This document shows positions 38,876 to 50,647 of a stretch of DNA of 64,000 nucleotides, in pieces. The notes beneath the pieces are model-generated. The model was not told the origin of the DNA, made no database searches, and saw only the letters and a list, made by a program, of their open reading frames with translations. Location of the stretch: positions 19,656,001 to 19,720,000 of the forward strand of contig CM052818.1 in NCBI GenBank assembly GCA_028534125.1, written 5' to 3'. This DNA comes from Lama glama (Eukaryota). Both the position numbers and the translations under genes were made by a program. Each line of letters begins with the position of its first letter. Position 1 is the first letter of the stretch.

Positions 38876-40620
38876 TAGTCTTTCTTTAATGCAGAAAATG
38901 TATATTTTTTAGTAGTCAAACCTCTAATCTTTCCTTTGTGATTTCAATGATTTCCAAGTTTAATAAAAGACATTTTCCCTCCAGAGGCTTGTTGACAGTT
39001 TAAGCTTCTCTTTGTCTAGTTCTCCTAGGTTTTTAGAAAGTATGTAACTCTTTAATCCCTGTAAAATTTCTCTGTAAAAACTCCCGCTGGTCTGAAAAAG
39101 GGGATGATCTCAAAGCACAACTTTCTTAAACTGAGCAGTTTCCTTTCCTCTCCTGCTGCCTCGGTGCCTGCGGCTGAGCCTGACTGTGTCATGAAGGCCA
39201 TGTGTCTATTGAGGGTGGGCGGGCCCAGAATCAGCACTTGCCTCTAGACCTAAACCCATGTGCAAGGGGGCAGCACGGGGTGGTGGGAAAACAGGACTCA
39301 GAACCTGGCTGTGCTTGGATCCTTAGCCTCTCATCCTGCAAAAGGGGGCAAAGGATGCCTGACTGACAGGGCTGTTTTAAAGATGATTGGAGATGAAGTT
39401 CAGAAAGTTCTAGAACACTACTTGGCCCATCCTGAGTCTCTCAGGGTCCTGCCTTTGCACTGACTTGGTTCCTGGGTCCCACCTCCTGCCATAAGGTGAC
39501 CCTGAGCCTCCCTCACCATGGGGCATGGGCAGGCCTACTGGAGCAGTTAAGAGTATTTACTTTCTTGGGTGAGAAATTGAGGCTTAGAAAGGTCAAGTGG
39601 TGGAGCAGCAGACAGTCCTGACTGCTCTGATGTACTGCATGATTCAGCATCGCTTTTTGCCTCGCTGCACCTCCATTCCTCAGCTTCCTCAGATGTGAAA
39701 TGGGGCTAATTGTCCTTATCGGTCTCTACTGCTGTGGGGTTATTTAATGATCAAATGAAAGGTTCTGAAGAAGGCCACGGAAAAATCCAGAGGCAAGGTA
39801 AAGTCCCTGTGGGCAGCTCAGTCCACCCCTCCCTCAGCTGGGACACAGACGAAGCCTTGTGTTACTCTGCGAGGTTCCCCGCCTCCTCGCCCTGCTCCCC
39901 AGGAAAACCACGCAGAGACTCTGTAAGGCCCCTTGTGCCCGTGGGTTGCCAGGCAGGAAGCCCAGGGCTTGGCTGAGGCCCCAGGAAGCAGAGGCTGGAG
40001 GTGAGCTGCTCTCAGGCCCAGCTGTATTCAGCTTGGAGCAGCTGCTGATGTCTCAGGGGGCCAGGGTGAGGAGTAACTGTGGGTTCATCTAGGACACCCC
40101 CATTTCACAGATGTGGGAGTTGGGGCTCAGCAGTGGGAGCCAGTCAGCGGCAGTGTCAGAACTTGGGTGAGGGGGATCCTGGCTCCCAAGTCCAGCACCC
40201 TTTCCACTTGTCCTCTGCTGCAGCAGTGCCTCCTCAGGAAGAGGTCTTCTGACCCTCTGGAAAGTTCTTTGCAATCTGACGACATCTGAGCAAAATAGCA
40301 TAATGTCGGGGTATTTGAACACTTTGACGAGCACAGCAAAGCACTAAGAACCAGATGCCCACACAGTTGGAGGGGGTTTCCTGGGAATAGAATTTTCCAG
40401 GAAGGGAAAGAAGCATTTTGAGCAGGAGCATGGCTTTACTGGAGCAGCTGTAAGAATGTGGGGGCAGTGGCTGGAGGCAGGCAAAGGTGGTACAGAAATC
40501 TGACACCACCACCCAACCCTGGAAGTTTTGCATTTAAAAATATAGTTGCTCTCTCTTTTAGCACTTTTTTTTTTTTTAAAACAGAAGCCATACTACTCCC
40601 ATTGAGGTTTGAGAGGCTAC

Positions 40621-40800
40621 CAATTGTTCTTAACCATGACTGCAAATTCGAATCTCCTGAGAAGCTTTTAAAATCCCAGTGCCCAGACCAACCCCCAAAC
40701 CAATGATATGGGAGTCTCTGGGTGAAGACCTGGGCTTTTGTAGTTCTTAAAGCAGCCTAGGTGATTCTAGTGAGCAGCCAAGGTTGGGAACCACCAGCCC
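40621..40800 (+). mobile_element. MER5A/B-family DNA transposon
   Basis: 'gttcttaaccatgactgcaaattcgaatctcctgagaagcttttaaaa...taggtgattctagtgagcagccaaggttgggaaccacc'. Confidence 0.75.
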
Positions 40801-41806
40801 CTGCACTACTTTGCCAGCTGGTTTGAGAATCTAAAACACACAAGCACGTGAGGCATGTGTGTAACTGTTTAGCACGCACACTTGTCGTGTGGAGACCGTA
40901 GGGAGAGACTTCATTCCTCTTCCCCTTCCCCAACTCCCAATCCAATCTTCCTTCAGCCGGGTCCTGCCCAAGGCCCACCCCCTCTAGGAGGCTGTCCCAA
41001 ATCAGCATTAGGTATTTCCTCCAAATCCCTGTGGAGTCATCCTGTGCCTCCGATTTGACTAGGGATTCATGGCCAGTCTTGACTCTTCTCTGTTGCTGTT
41101 ATGTGATACGGGGTGTTATTTTTGTCTTCAGTCATGTGCCTGTTATCTGCCCAACCAGATGGTAAGCATTCTGAGGGCAAGACCCCCAGACTCTCCTTCC
41201 CCAGAGCCCTGGGCTGCCCAGGAGGCTTCAGTGAAGAGTTGTTGTCTGAGGGCTGAATGAATTCAGTGGCTCCACGTGGGTCACACTCAACACATCTAAT
41301 TCTGACAACGGCTCTGGGAAATTGGGACAGTATTATTATTTTTTTTAAATCTCCATTGTGTGGTGAGGAAAATGCAGGTCAGTGAAGTAGAGAGCTTGTT
41401 GAAGGTCACAGATGGAGGAAGAGGCGATATACGGGGTCCATTGTGCTTCTTTCCCACCACACTGTTAGGGTTCTGCTCACAGTAGGGATGTCCCCAGAGC
41501 AGGCAGGAGCTGGCTGGGGGCAAAGCCTAGAGGCCGCTATCTCCTGGAGAAGGTCTGACTGGCCAGTGGGGGAGGCTATCTGTGAAGGTCTGACTGGTCT
41601 CCAGTTCCTCAGGCCTGGAGAGGAGGGGTGTAATGGGGTGTTACAATGGAAGTTTTTGCTGAGATCTTAAGATGATAGATGTCGGTTCCCAGAGTCACTG
41701 CAGTAAAATGCAAATTAAAGATATCTAAAAGCTTTACAAATCTTACAGCTCTTCTTGTGGTTGAGGGTCACGTTGCTAGAGATTAATGAGGAGGATTTGG
41801 GGAAAG

Positions 41807-42287
41807 TGTTACAGAAAAACATGTTACAGCTCAGTGTTACAACTCAGTTGTGACAGCAACCTGGATCCGGGCGAGAGACCAAGCAGCACTCAGAGAGTTG
41901 GAGAACTCAGGTTTATTACGCCAGCGGGCCCAGAGGAGGTAACACTCCAAGCTCTGGACCCCGTCTGTAGGTTTACACAGGCTTTTATAGGCTGCCAGTT
42001 TACACTTTGCAACATCATATGCAAATAAGTTATAACAAAAGTTGTCTAATTAGGAACAAGCTTTGTAGAAATGGACCAATCAGGAGGAAGAGAAATAACC
42101 AATCAGGAGTGAGCTAAGGGAACCAATAGAACTTTAGGGGTAAGTTCCACTTTTCTAGAAGTAAGCCCTTTCAGAAGCAAAAAGTGAGATAGAGCGTCTG
42201 GGCCAGGGGACCGGATGGTGCTGGCAGGAGAGTAGTGGCCCTGCCTGGGGGTCCTGCCTGTCTTTTTTCATGGGGCTTCCCACCTCA
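41807..42287 (-). mobile_element. Young ERV1-type solo LTR (481 bp)
   Basis: TG...CA termini; perfect 4-bp TSD AAAG (41803-41806, 42288-42291); minus-strand TATA (41983-41990) and AATAAA (41912-41917); CpGs retained. Confidence 0.9.
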
Positions 42288-43583
42288 AAAGGACTTATTT
42301 ATTGAACGCCATATTCTTCCTCTTTCGAGGAATGCATGAAATCAACTTCTGTAGCACAAGTCAATTAAGAGCAGCTCTATTCCCATGTCCTCTCCTGCTT
42401 CTTCCCCCTGCCCATCCCTAGTGGAGTCAGAAATAAGAGCCAAAGAGATAGAGAGAAAGTAAAGGAGAAAGAGGAAGCCAGTCCCCTCCTCAGGTGGCTG
42501 GCAGGTAGCTGGGGGAGGGAGAGGAATTGTAATTTTGAATTAAATTTATGAGCTAATTCATGGGACTGGATATTCTAAGTGTCTTGATCAAAACCGTGTT
42601 TTGTGAGTCTGTGTTATCTAGAAACAAACAGAAAGGTCTCGAGACAGAAGAAGAGCTTCTCCTGTTGAATAAAGGCAAAAATAAAGATGCTTTGTAATTT
42701 CACCCCTGAGTTGTGTCTGCTCAGTGTGACAGTCCTATTTGAAGCAGGGGTGGAGAGGAGGGGGCTGCTGCCAGGAGAAATGTGGCTCCCAGGGATCGCC
42801 TGCAGGCAAGGGTCATCTCACCCCATCCTTAGAGAAACTAGGCAGCAGACACTGGATCCCATTCTACAGATGACGGAACTGAGGTTCAGAGAGATCAAGT
42901 GACTTGCCCAAGATCACAAAGTAGGTGGCAAAGGAAATATGTGAACCCAGGTCTGCCTGACTCTACAGCTCGGGCGCTGCCCCTCCTGCACATTTCTCAC
43001 GCTGATGCTGCAGAGGTGTCCCCTAGGTGCTCCCACAGAGCCCAGCGTTGGGCTGGATCCTCAGCTGCTGAGCAGAGTCTTGTTTCTAACTTGAGCTTAG
43101 GTGACTCGCAGAAAATGAAAACCTAGATGGACTTTAGCACTCATTTTCTGTCTCTGCTAGCAGCTCTCTCTCTCTTTGGTCTCAGTTCTTGGTGTCTAAT
43201 AGAAATAATGGTCAAAAGAGTCTTACTACGTCTGGGGAAACTAGAGTATGGCCAAGGGTTGTGGCAGCTGAGATGTTCGAACACTCTTGCTCTCCAAATC
43301 CAAATATTCTCATCTGCTACAGTGTTGCTTTCTGCTGGGACTCTGAGGAAGGCTCGGGGTGGGGACTCAGAGCATCAACCAGGTGCCAGAAGTGATGGCT
43401 GGTTCCCCCCATTCAGAGGCAGGGCCACAGGGAAATACAACCCCAGGTGGCCACCAAAGGACTCTGGAGACTCTCCTGCCCTGGGCTTCTGCCCCTCACC
43501 TGACTTAATCCCTGTATTTAGGGTCGTAAGCACCTTGGGGAAGGCTTTCCTGATCCTCTCCGTTCTGGTGGCCCTCCTCTTTG

Positions 43584-44207
43584 TGATGCAGGAAAACGGA
43601 TGTGGGGCATGAGGAGGGCCGTGTCCCAGGTCTCAACTGAGCCCCTGGGACATGCCCTGCCAAGTGTGGGTCATTGGCTTCGCGCAGGAAAGAATTCAAG
43701 TGCGAGCCACCATTGAGTTAAGGTAGATTTATTTAGAGAGATACATACTGCATAGAGTGTAAGGCAAGAGAAAGGCAAGGAAAGAGGTGTGGGAATTGAG
43801 TGCTCAGGTTAAAGTAAAAGTAGGTACACACTCCATAGACAGAGTACGGGCCGTCTCCAAAGGGGAGAAAGAGCGCAAAGGGCCACTAGACTTGGTGTTG
43901 TCAACTTTCATGGTCTCAGTAGCTTCACACACCTATAGGTGGGATCAATCCAACTATCCTGGGGAAGGGGCTGAGATTTCCAGGCATTGGGCCACTGCGC
44001 ATTCTTTGGCCTTTTGCGGTTGGCCTTGGAGCTGTCATGGTGCGTGTGGGCATGTTATTTGATCACACTGCTACAATGAGCATATAATGAAGCTCAAGTT
44101 CTACTAGAAGTCAAACCTCTTAATCCTCAAGGCCAACTAGGAGGTGAATCTTTTGGTTGCTGTCATTCCTTGAGTGGTTGTGCCCTGCCCCCTTCCCTCC
44201 TGTCTCA
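43584..44207 (-). mobile_element. ERV1 (MER4-group-like) solo LTR related to the provirus LTR at 49805
   Basis: TG...CA ends; TSD tttg/ttcg (one CpG-type change); shares 'ttggcttc..gcaggaaaga.tt..caag.gcgagcca', 'tttatttagag.gataca', 'ccttgga.ctgtcatg' and 'ttccctcctgtctca' with 49805-50338. Confidence 0.85.
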
Positions 44208-44333
44208 TTCGCATCACAGTCCCCTCCGTTGCCCTGTGCTGTCACTGTCTGGTTACTGACCATCTTTCCTAGATGGTGTGCTTTGTCCCTGTAGCTCCGT
44301 TCACCTGGGTGCAGTTTTCTGAGTTCACAGAAC

Positions 44334-44542
44334 CTGGGGTTTAGCAAACTTTTCTAAGGCCAGATGATAAATACTTTCACGACTTTGTGGAGCTGTGTGG
44401 TCTCTGTTGCAATGATCCAGCTATGTGTTGTGACGTGGAGGCAGCCATCAACCAGACGTAAACGAATGAGTGTCCGGTGTCCAATGAAGCTTTATTTACA
44501 AAAACAGGCTGCTGGCCAGAGAGCTGTGGTTGCCAGCTTCCT
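44334..44542 (+). mobile_element. MER58A (hAT-Charlie)
   Basis: 'ggggtttagcaaacttttctaaggccagatgataaata...gcagccat...aaacgaatgagtgt...tccaatgaagctttatttacaaaaacaggc'. Confidence 0.85.
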
Positions 44543-47529
44543 CGGACCCAATGTTTCTCATGGACGAAATCACACAATAGCCCACTCCCAGGCCTCGGGG
44601 ACAGAAAGGTGGGGCCCACCTCCCTCACTCAGCTTTGGGCTCAGAAAGGTCAATGTCCAGAGCAAGGTCCATGGTGGTGGCTCTGAGTTGTCATGAGGGA
44701 CCATGTAGAAACTGCTGGCAGCACCTCCTCGGAAAGGATCCCTTAAGAAGAGTGAAGCCAGGAGTGTGGTTCTTCATGAATGAAGGTGAGAGGGGCCGAG
44801 ATGCATTTGAGATTGGCTGGTCAACTGCTCAGTGCTCAGGGAGGAGCAGCACCTGGCCCCAGGTCACACAGTGAGACTCACCTTTTGTCGCCCTGTTCAC
44901 TATCCTTCTGCCTTCTCACAGGGTCCCGCGTCTAACTTGCCTGCATCCTTTGGGTCTTTTATCTCAGTGAAATGCACAAGAGCCCTGAGATGTAGGTAAG
45001 ATTATTCCCATTGTTACTAGTAGGGAAACTGAGGCCAGGGAGTGACTTGCCCAAGGTCCCAGAGCTCATCCAGGGGCCAGAAATGAGAGGGCCCTGGACT
45101 CCCAGCTCTGGGTTCTTTCCACCTCTGATATGAGGAGGCAGCTCATCTTCTAAAGTGGGCGTCAGGTGGGGCAGCCAGTGTCCCGCTGACCACTAGGCTG
45201 CCCTCCCCACCTTCCTGCCTGGAGCCAGCCCTTCCTGTGTTGGTGGAGGAGGTGACCACTTCTAAGAGACACATTTCTCTGATAAAGCCTTGTTTCTCAT
45301 GGGCTACTCTCTTCAATCCATCCTATCCTCCTCACCCTCTGCCCCCAGCCACCCCAGCTCCTCATGTGGGTGAGTGTGTCAGCCACTAATCTGGGCAGGA
45401 GGCTTTGGGGCAGCCGCAGAACAGTGACACATGCTCTGATGTGGGATGAGAATATTTTAAATCTGAGTTATCCTTCAGAGATGGGAACATGTGCTTTCCA
45501 GAACCAGGAGGGTGCTAGTTTCCCAAAGAGGGGGAGGGGAAGCCAGGAGAGTGTTGAGAGGGTGAGGAAGGTGGGCAGGGTGGGGACCAAGCCAATCTAG
45601 CACAACTCTCGACTTACTAAGGGCTGGCTTGGGACGGCCGCTGCCTGCAGACCAGTGTGGGTCAATCCCTCCTAGATTCTGGGAGCCTCCCCGTCTTGTC
45701 CTCTCGGGACCCCTGCTCCCAGCACACTTCCTGCAGCCTCAGCATCATGTTTCTATTTTTTCCCGTCTCCCTGGTGCAGCTCATTCCACCCCACCAAAGT
45801 GAGCCTGGGTGCCAAATGCCTCCGCCTCTCTGTCAAGAGATGGTGTATGTGAGGGAGGGGTGGTCATCTTTTCCTCGGCCCCCATGCCCCAGGCAGGGGG
45901 AGGCTGGGGAGACAGGACAGCTGAGGCCCTAATTCATCAACCAAATGCAAACATGCCAGTCTGGGTTTGGTCCAGTGTCCATGCTGGTCACTCTCTGCAC
46001 GTGGCCGGCTGTGCCGTGCCCCTGGCACAGGGAGCACCCCCACCTCCCTGCCCAGCATGAGAAGGAGGGACACCCAGAGGAGTGGCCATGGGGTGGCTCC
46101 TGAGCAGCCAGAGAGAGAGAGTGTGACAGCGTGGCTGGCCGTCCTCTCCTCTGACACAGGCTCTAGTTTTTTCAGAAGAGACAGATGGAGACGCCCTCAG
46201 TTCTGAGGCGTAGGAAGATGAAGGGGGCTCTCCCTCCAGGGGTTCCAGACTGCGCTGCAGAGCCTGAATGAAACTCAGTGGCTTTGAGGAAAACGCTTCC
46301 GTGCCAACAACCTTCTTCTCAAGAAGCTGTCTGATTGGCCATCTAGCCACCATCCCATATAGCATCCCTGTGCTGGGCAGAATCTCAGGGCAAACTATCA
46401 GAGGGGAGGCCAGCCTCCCTCCTGACAGCCTCTGTGCAGTTGCCTTTGGCTGAGGTCCCAACCCCTGGTCCAATCCACTGGAGCAGGTCAAGGAGGTGGT
46501 TTTGCTGGGCACCTGGCACTGGTCATTACACCCTCATGCAGAAAGAACTATCTGGGGCCACTTTTTCCCAAGGGGCTCTGGGAGGGGCGGGTACCTATAG
46601 CAGCCTGGAGTGATATTCACCCAAATCTCAAGGCAGGATTCCTTCATATACTCAGTAAACACTTGCTGAGTGCCAGCTCCATGCCAGGCTGGGGATTCAG
46701 AGTCCCCACTCTCATGAAGTTAAATGTCAGTGCAGAAGCACAGAATTAAGCCATGTGTGCCGTCAAATGTGACACATCTGCTAGCAGGTGCTCTGGGTGC
46801 TCCTGGGGACCCTCACTTAGTATTGGGGTCAGGGAAGCTCTTCAGAGGACAAGGACACCAAAGATGCTGCCTGGAGATTGGTAGTTAAGTGGAGGGAGCC
46901 TTCTAGGTTGTGAGGACAGTGGGGACAAAGTCCTTAAGGTAAGAGCAATGATGGTACTTTCTGGAACAGACTCTCAGAGCAGTTGGTGGAGAGGGAGGGG
47001 GCCACAGAGATAAGCAGAAGCCCCTCTCAAAAGGTCTGCACGTCTTGTATTTTTATACCTGTCATGAGTCTTCAGCCAGAACTTTTCTCCGCTTCCAACT
47101 CCAGCAAGAAACCCAGTGGGAAATAGTTATTTCCTGCCCTTAAATAGAAGAAGAAAACAAAACCCCAGCAACTTCTGCCTCACCCCAGAGTGTTGAAGTT
47201 GACTCCTGAGGCTGGGGTGCCTTAGAGGATGGGGGACTTCCCCTTTTTAAAACAGTGCTATATATATAAAGGAGAAAATGAAATCACATGTAATCCCGAC
47301 ACAGGGAGATCCCTGATGTCAACATTTTGAGTTTTTCCTTCTGTTTTTTTTTCGTTGTTGTTGTTACACAGTTGAGATAAAAAACTATATATACAATTTT
47401 ATATATACAATATATACAAACTATATATACCATTGTATATATACAATACCTACCTTGTTCCCTTAACATAAGTGTGTTCCCACGTTGTCAAAAAGTCTTC
47501 AGTTTTAATCTCCTTAACTAGCTTTGTGT

Positions 47530-49804
47530 GTGGGGGGGATTTCCTACGGTTACTGTATGTTTACTTTAATGGGTGAGCTTTTTCATTTCATTATTTTCTT
47601 GTTTCGAGTTGTGGTCTTTTTGGCTTAGAGAAGTTCCTTTAACATTTGTTGTAAATCTGGCTTAGTGGTGCTAAATTCTTTTAGCTTCTGCTTGTCTGTA
47701 AAGCTTTTGATTTCTCCATCAAATCTGAACGAGAGCCTTGCTGGGTAGCGTATTCTTGGTTGTAAGTTTCCCCCTTTCATCACTTTAAATATCTCATGCC
47801 ACTCCCTTCTGGCCTGCAGAGTTTCTGCTGAAAAATCAGCTGATAGCCTTATGGGAGTTCCCTTGTATGTTATTTGTTGCTTTTCCCTTGCTGTTTTTAA
47901 TATGTAATTTTTGTCATTTTGATTACAATGTGTCTTGGTGTGTTCCTCTTTGGGTTAGTCCTGTCTGGGACTCTCCATACTTCCTGGACTTGGGTGACTG
48001 TTTTCTTTCCCAGGTTAGAGAAGTTTCCAGCTATCATCTCTTCAAATGTTTTCTCGGGCCCTTTCTCTCCCTCTTTTACTTCTGGGACCCCTATAATGTG
48101 AATATTGGTGTACTTGGTATTGTCCCAGAGGTCTCTTTTTATTCTTTTTCCTTTTTTCTGTTCAGTGGCAGTGATTTCCAGTCTTCTGAATCATTTAGTC
48201 TACTATTGATTCCTTCTAGTGTATTTTTCATTTCAGTTATTGTATGGTTTGGTTGTTCTTTATATTTTCTCTTTGTTAAAAAGTTCTAACTTCTCACTCT
48301 GTGCATCCGTTCTTCTCCTGAGTTCTTTGATCATCTTTACAATTATTGCTCTGAACCGTTTCTCAGGTAGATTGCCTATCTCCACTTCACTCAGTTCTTC
48401 TTCTGGGGTTTTATCTTGTTCCTTTGTCTAGAACATATTCCTCTGTTGTCTCATTTTGTCTAAGTTGCTTTTGTATTTTTATGTTGTGGTAGGTTACTTA
48501 TGTTTCTCCACCTTGGAGAAGTGACCCTTTGTTGGAGACATCCTATGTGGCCCAGCAGTGCACTCCCCTCTCATCCCTCAAGCTATATGCCCTAGGGGTT
48601 CCCCCTAAGAGGGCTGCATGGGTTCTGCTGTGGTGGGCTAACTGTGTGGGTGGTCTCGTAGGCTCCTAGTCTGGTTGGTTGCCAGGCCTTGCCTTGTGCA
48701 GATGTCATTGGCTGCTGTTTAGCAGGGCCTGGTCACCAGGCAGCTGCTTGCAGAATCCTAGGGGGGGGCCCTGGTGCTAGTGCTGGCTCATGGTCGGTCG
48801 AGCAGGGCATGGAGTCAGGGTCTCAAAGACTCTGGGGATTTTGCCCACCCACTGGGAGGTAAAGCCAGATCCTGGGATTAGTGCCCGACTACTGACAAGC
48901 AGAGCTGGTTCCTGTAGTCTGGTTGAAGGGCTCAGGGATACCAGAGCTGGTTTCAGTTCATTGAGGGGGAGGGGGAGGGCTGGTTCCTGACACAGTTGGT
49001 TGTGGGGTCTGGGGTGTCCTGAAGATTGCATTGGCCTGCTAGTGGGCAGGGCCACGGCCTGCCTCCTCCCAGGGCAGGATCTGGCCTGTGTTGGTGGACT
49101 CATTCCACTGCCTATGGACTGTAGTTTTCTTGGGTCCAGCGTGTGCTCCCTGGAGGGTGATGCTGGTCTAAAGGCTACTGCAGGCTTCCAAGCAGGAGGG
49201 GCCTACGCCTGCCCACTGGTGGGCGGAGCTGGGTCTTGGCTTTCAGGTGGGTGGGCTGCATCTAGGGGGCGTGTCTAGAGGTGGCTGCAGGAAGTCTTTA
49301 AGCAGCCTATCTGCTGATAGGTAGGACTGATTCCCCGCCGGGTTCGTTGTTTGTCCTGAGGCAGCAGACCGCTGGCACCTGCAGGCTATTGGGCAGGGCC
49401 AGGTCTAATGAGCTAGGGGGAGGAGCCCACCTGGCACCCGCCAGCACCGCCTTCCTCGCGATAAAAGTGAGTTCCCAAACATGGCTGCCGCCGTGGTCTA
49501 CGTCCACAGCGTGAGCCGCAGGCCCCCCTTCCCCGCCTCTCCAGGAGACTCTCCAAGGCCAGCAGGTAGGTCTGGCTCTGGCTCCTATCAGATTACTGCT
49601 TTTGCTCTGGGTCTTGGTGGACGTGAGATTTTCTGTGCGCCGTCTAAGAGTGAAGCCTCCATTTCCCCCAGTCCTGTGGTGCTCCTGCCGTTAAGCCCCA
49701 GTGGCCGTCAAAGCCAAATTCTCTGGCGACTTGTCTTCTCTTGTTGGACCCCCGGGCTGGGGAGCCTGATGTGTGGCTCAGAACTCTCACTCCTGTGGGA
49801 GAAC
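47530..49804 (-). mobile_element. Old L1 5' portion (5' UTR + degraded ORF1), cut by ERV insertion
   Basis: Minus-strand translation near 47625-47870 gives YKGTPIRLSADFSAETLQARREWHEIFKVMK...YPARLSFRFDGEIKSFTDKQKLKEFSTTKPDLQQMLKELL* (L1 ORF1p C-terminus); GC-rich L1M-type 5' UTR at about 48550-49804. Confidence 0.9.
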
Positions 49805-50338
49805 TGTTGCAGGAGAGCGAAATGTTACATCCTGGGACTCACCGGAGTCTTTAGGATGGTCGGCCAGGTGAAGGTGCTTGGCTTCTTGCAGGAAAGAGTT
49901 TACAAGAGCGAGCCAAAGAAAAGGGAAAGCGAGTTTATTTAGAGTGATACACACTCCTTAGGCAGAAGGCGGATCTTCTTGGGGAAGTGAGAATGGCCCC
50001 AGGGCATGGGGGCCTCAATTGTTATGGGCTGAGTAACTTCCTACGCTAATGAATGGGAGGAATATTCTTGCCATTTTGGGACGGGTGGGGATTTCCCAGA
50101 AATTGGACCAGTGCACCTTTTTTGGCCTTTTATGGTTCACCTTGGAACTGTCATGTGGTAAAGGGGGCTATGTTTAGTATTACAATGAAGGTATAATGAG
50201 CAAAAGGTTAATGACCAGACTATTCTCGAAGCCTCCTAGGTTTCAGCTGGTTCCACCTGGTCTTTATCGCATCTCAACAGCTGCGCCCCTTCTTCATTTA
50301 TCTAGCGCTTGTGTCCTGCCTCTTTCCCTCCTGTCTCA
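49805..50338 (-). mobile_element. 3' LTR of the provirus
   Basis: Minus strand starts TGAGACAGGAGGGAAAG after a purine-rich PPT-like 'gagcaggaag' and ends ...GCAACA; AATAAA on the minus strand near 49934. Confidence 0.85.
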
Positions 50339-50371
50339 CTTCCTGCTCAGGGATTTTACTCCCACATTCTT

Positions 50372-50500
50372 ATGGCAGACTCAACAATTAACCAGTTTTT
50401 CTCCCTGGATGATGATTTTAGATATGCTTACTAAACCATTATTTTCCCATTCTCCCTGAGCCGTGACCATTATCAGAAGTCCTGCTAGGAGTATTATGGC
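50372..50500 (-). pseudogene. env: env N-terminal stub (signal peptide + SU CWxC motif); remainder deleted
   Basis: Translation AIILLAGLLIMVTAQGEWENNGLVSISKIIIQGEKLVNC*VCH: hydrophobic leader then C(W>stop)VC; PPT/LTR follows about 30 nt later. Confidence 0.7.
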
Positions 50501-50523
50501 TTTTTATTACTATATTTTTTCTT

Positions 50524-50643
50524 TCAGCCCCAGCAGGGGCAAAGAAGATGTTTACCAGGGGAAGGGGGTTCTAAAAGGCGGCAGAATAAGAGCATGATAG
50601 TCAGAAACACAAGGATTATTAGGCCAACCCGCCACAGCCACAT
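50524..50643 (-). CDS. Intact 39-aa single-pass membrane sORF between pol and env
   Basis: ATG at 50643, TGA at 50526-50524: MWLWRVGLIILVFLTIMLLFCRLLEPPSPGKHLLCPCWG; starts 4 nt after the pol stop; too short for the supplied ORF track; expression unknown. Confidence 0.45.
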   Translation of the reverse strand: MWLWRVGLIILVFLTIMLLFCRLLEPPSPGKHLLCPCWG

Positions 50644-50647
50644 GAAG

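Noticed and set aside
43127..43612. 161-aa ORF with a hydrophobic N- and C-terminus
   Set aside because: Ends inside a solo LTR and resembles no known protein; probably chance
45988..46512. 174-aa minus-strand ORF as a host gene
   Set aside because: No recognisable domain or exon context; this length is expected by chance in GC-rich DNA
43584..50338. The two related LTRs as the ends of one provirus
   Set aside because: The 43584 LTR has its own 4-bp TSD, the two LTRs are substantially diverged, the DNA between them is non-viral, and the viral genes lie on the other side of the 49805 LTR
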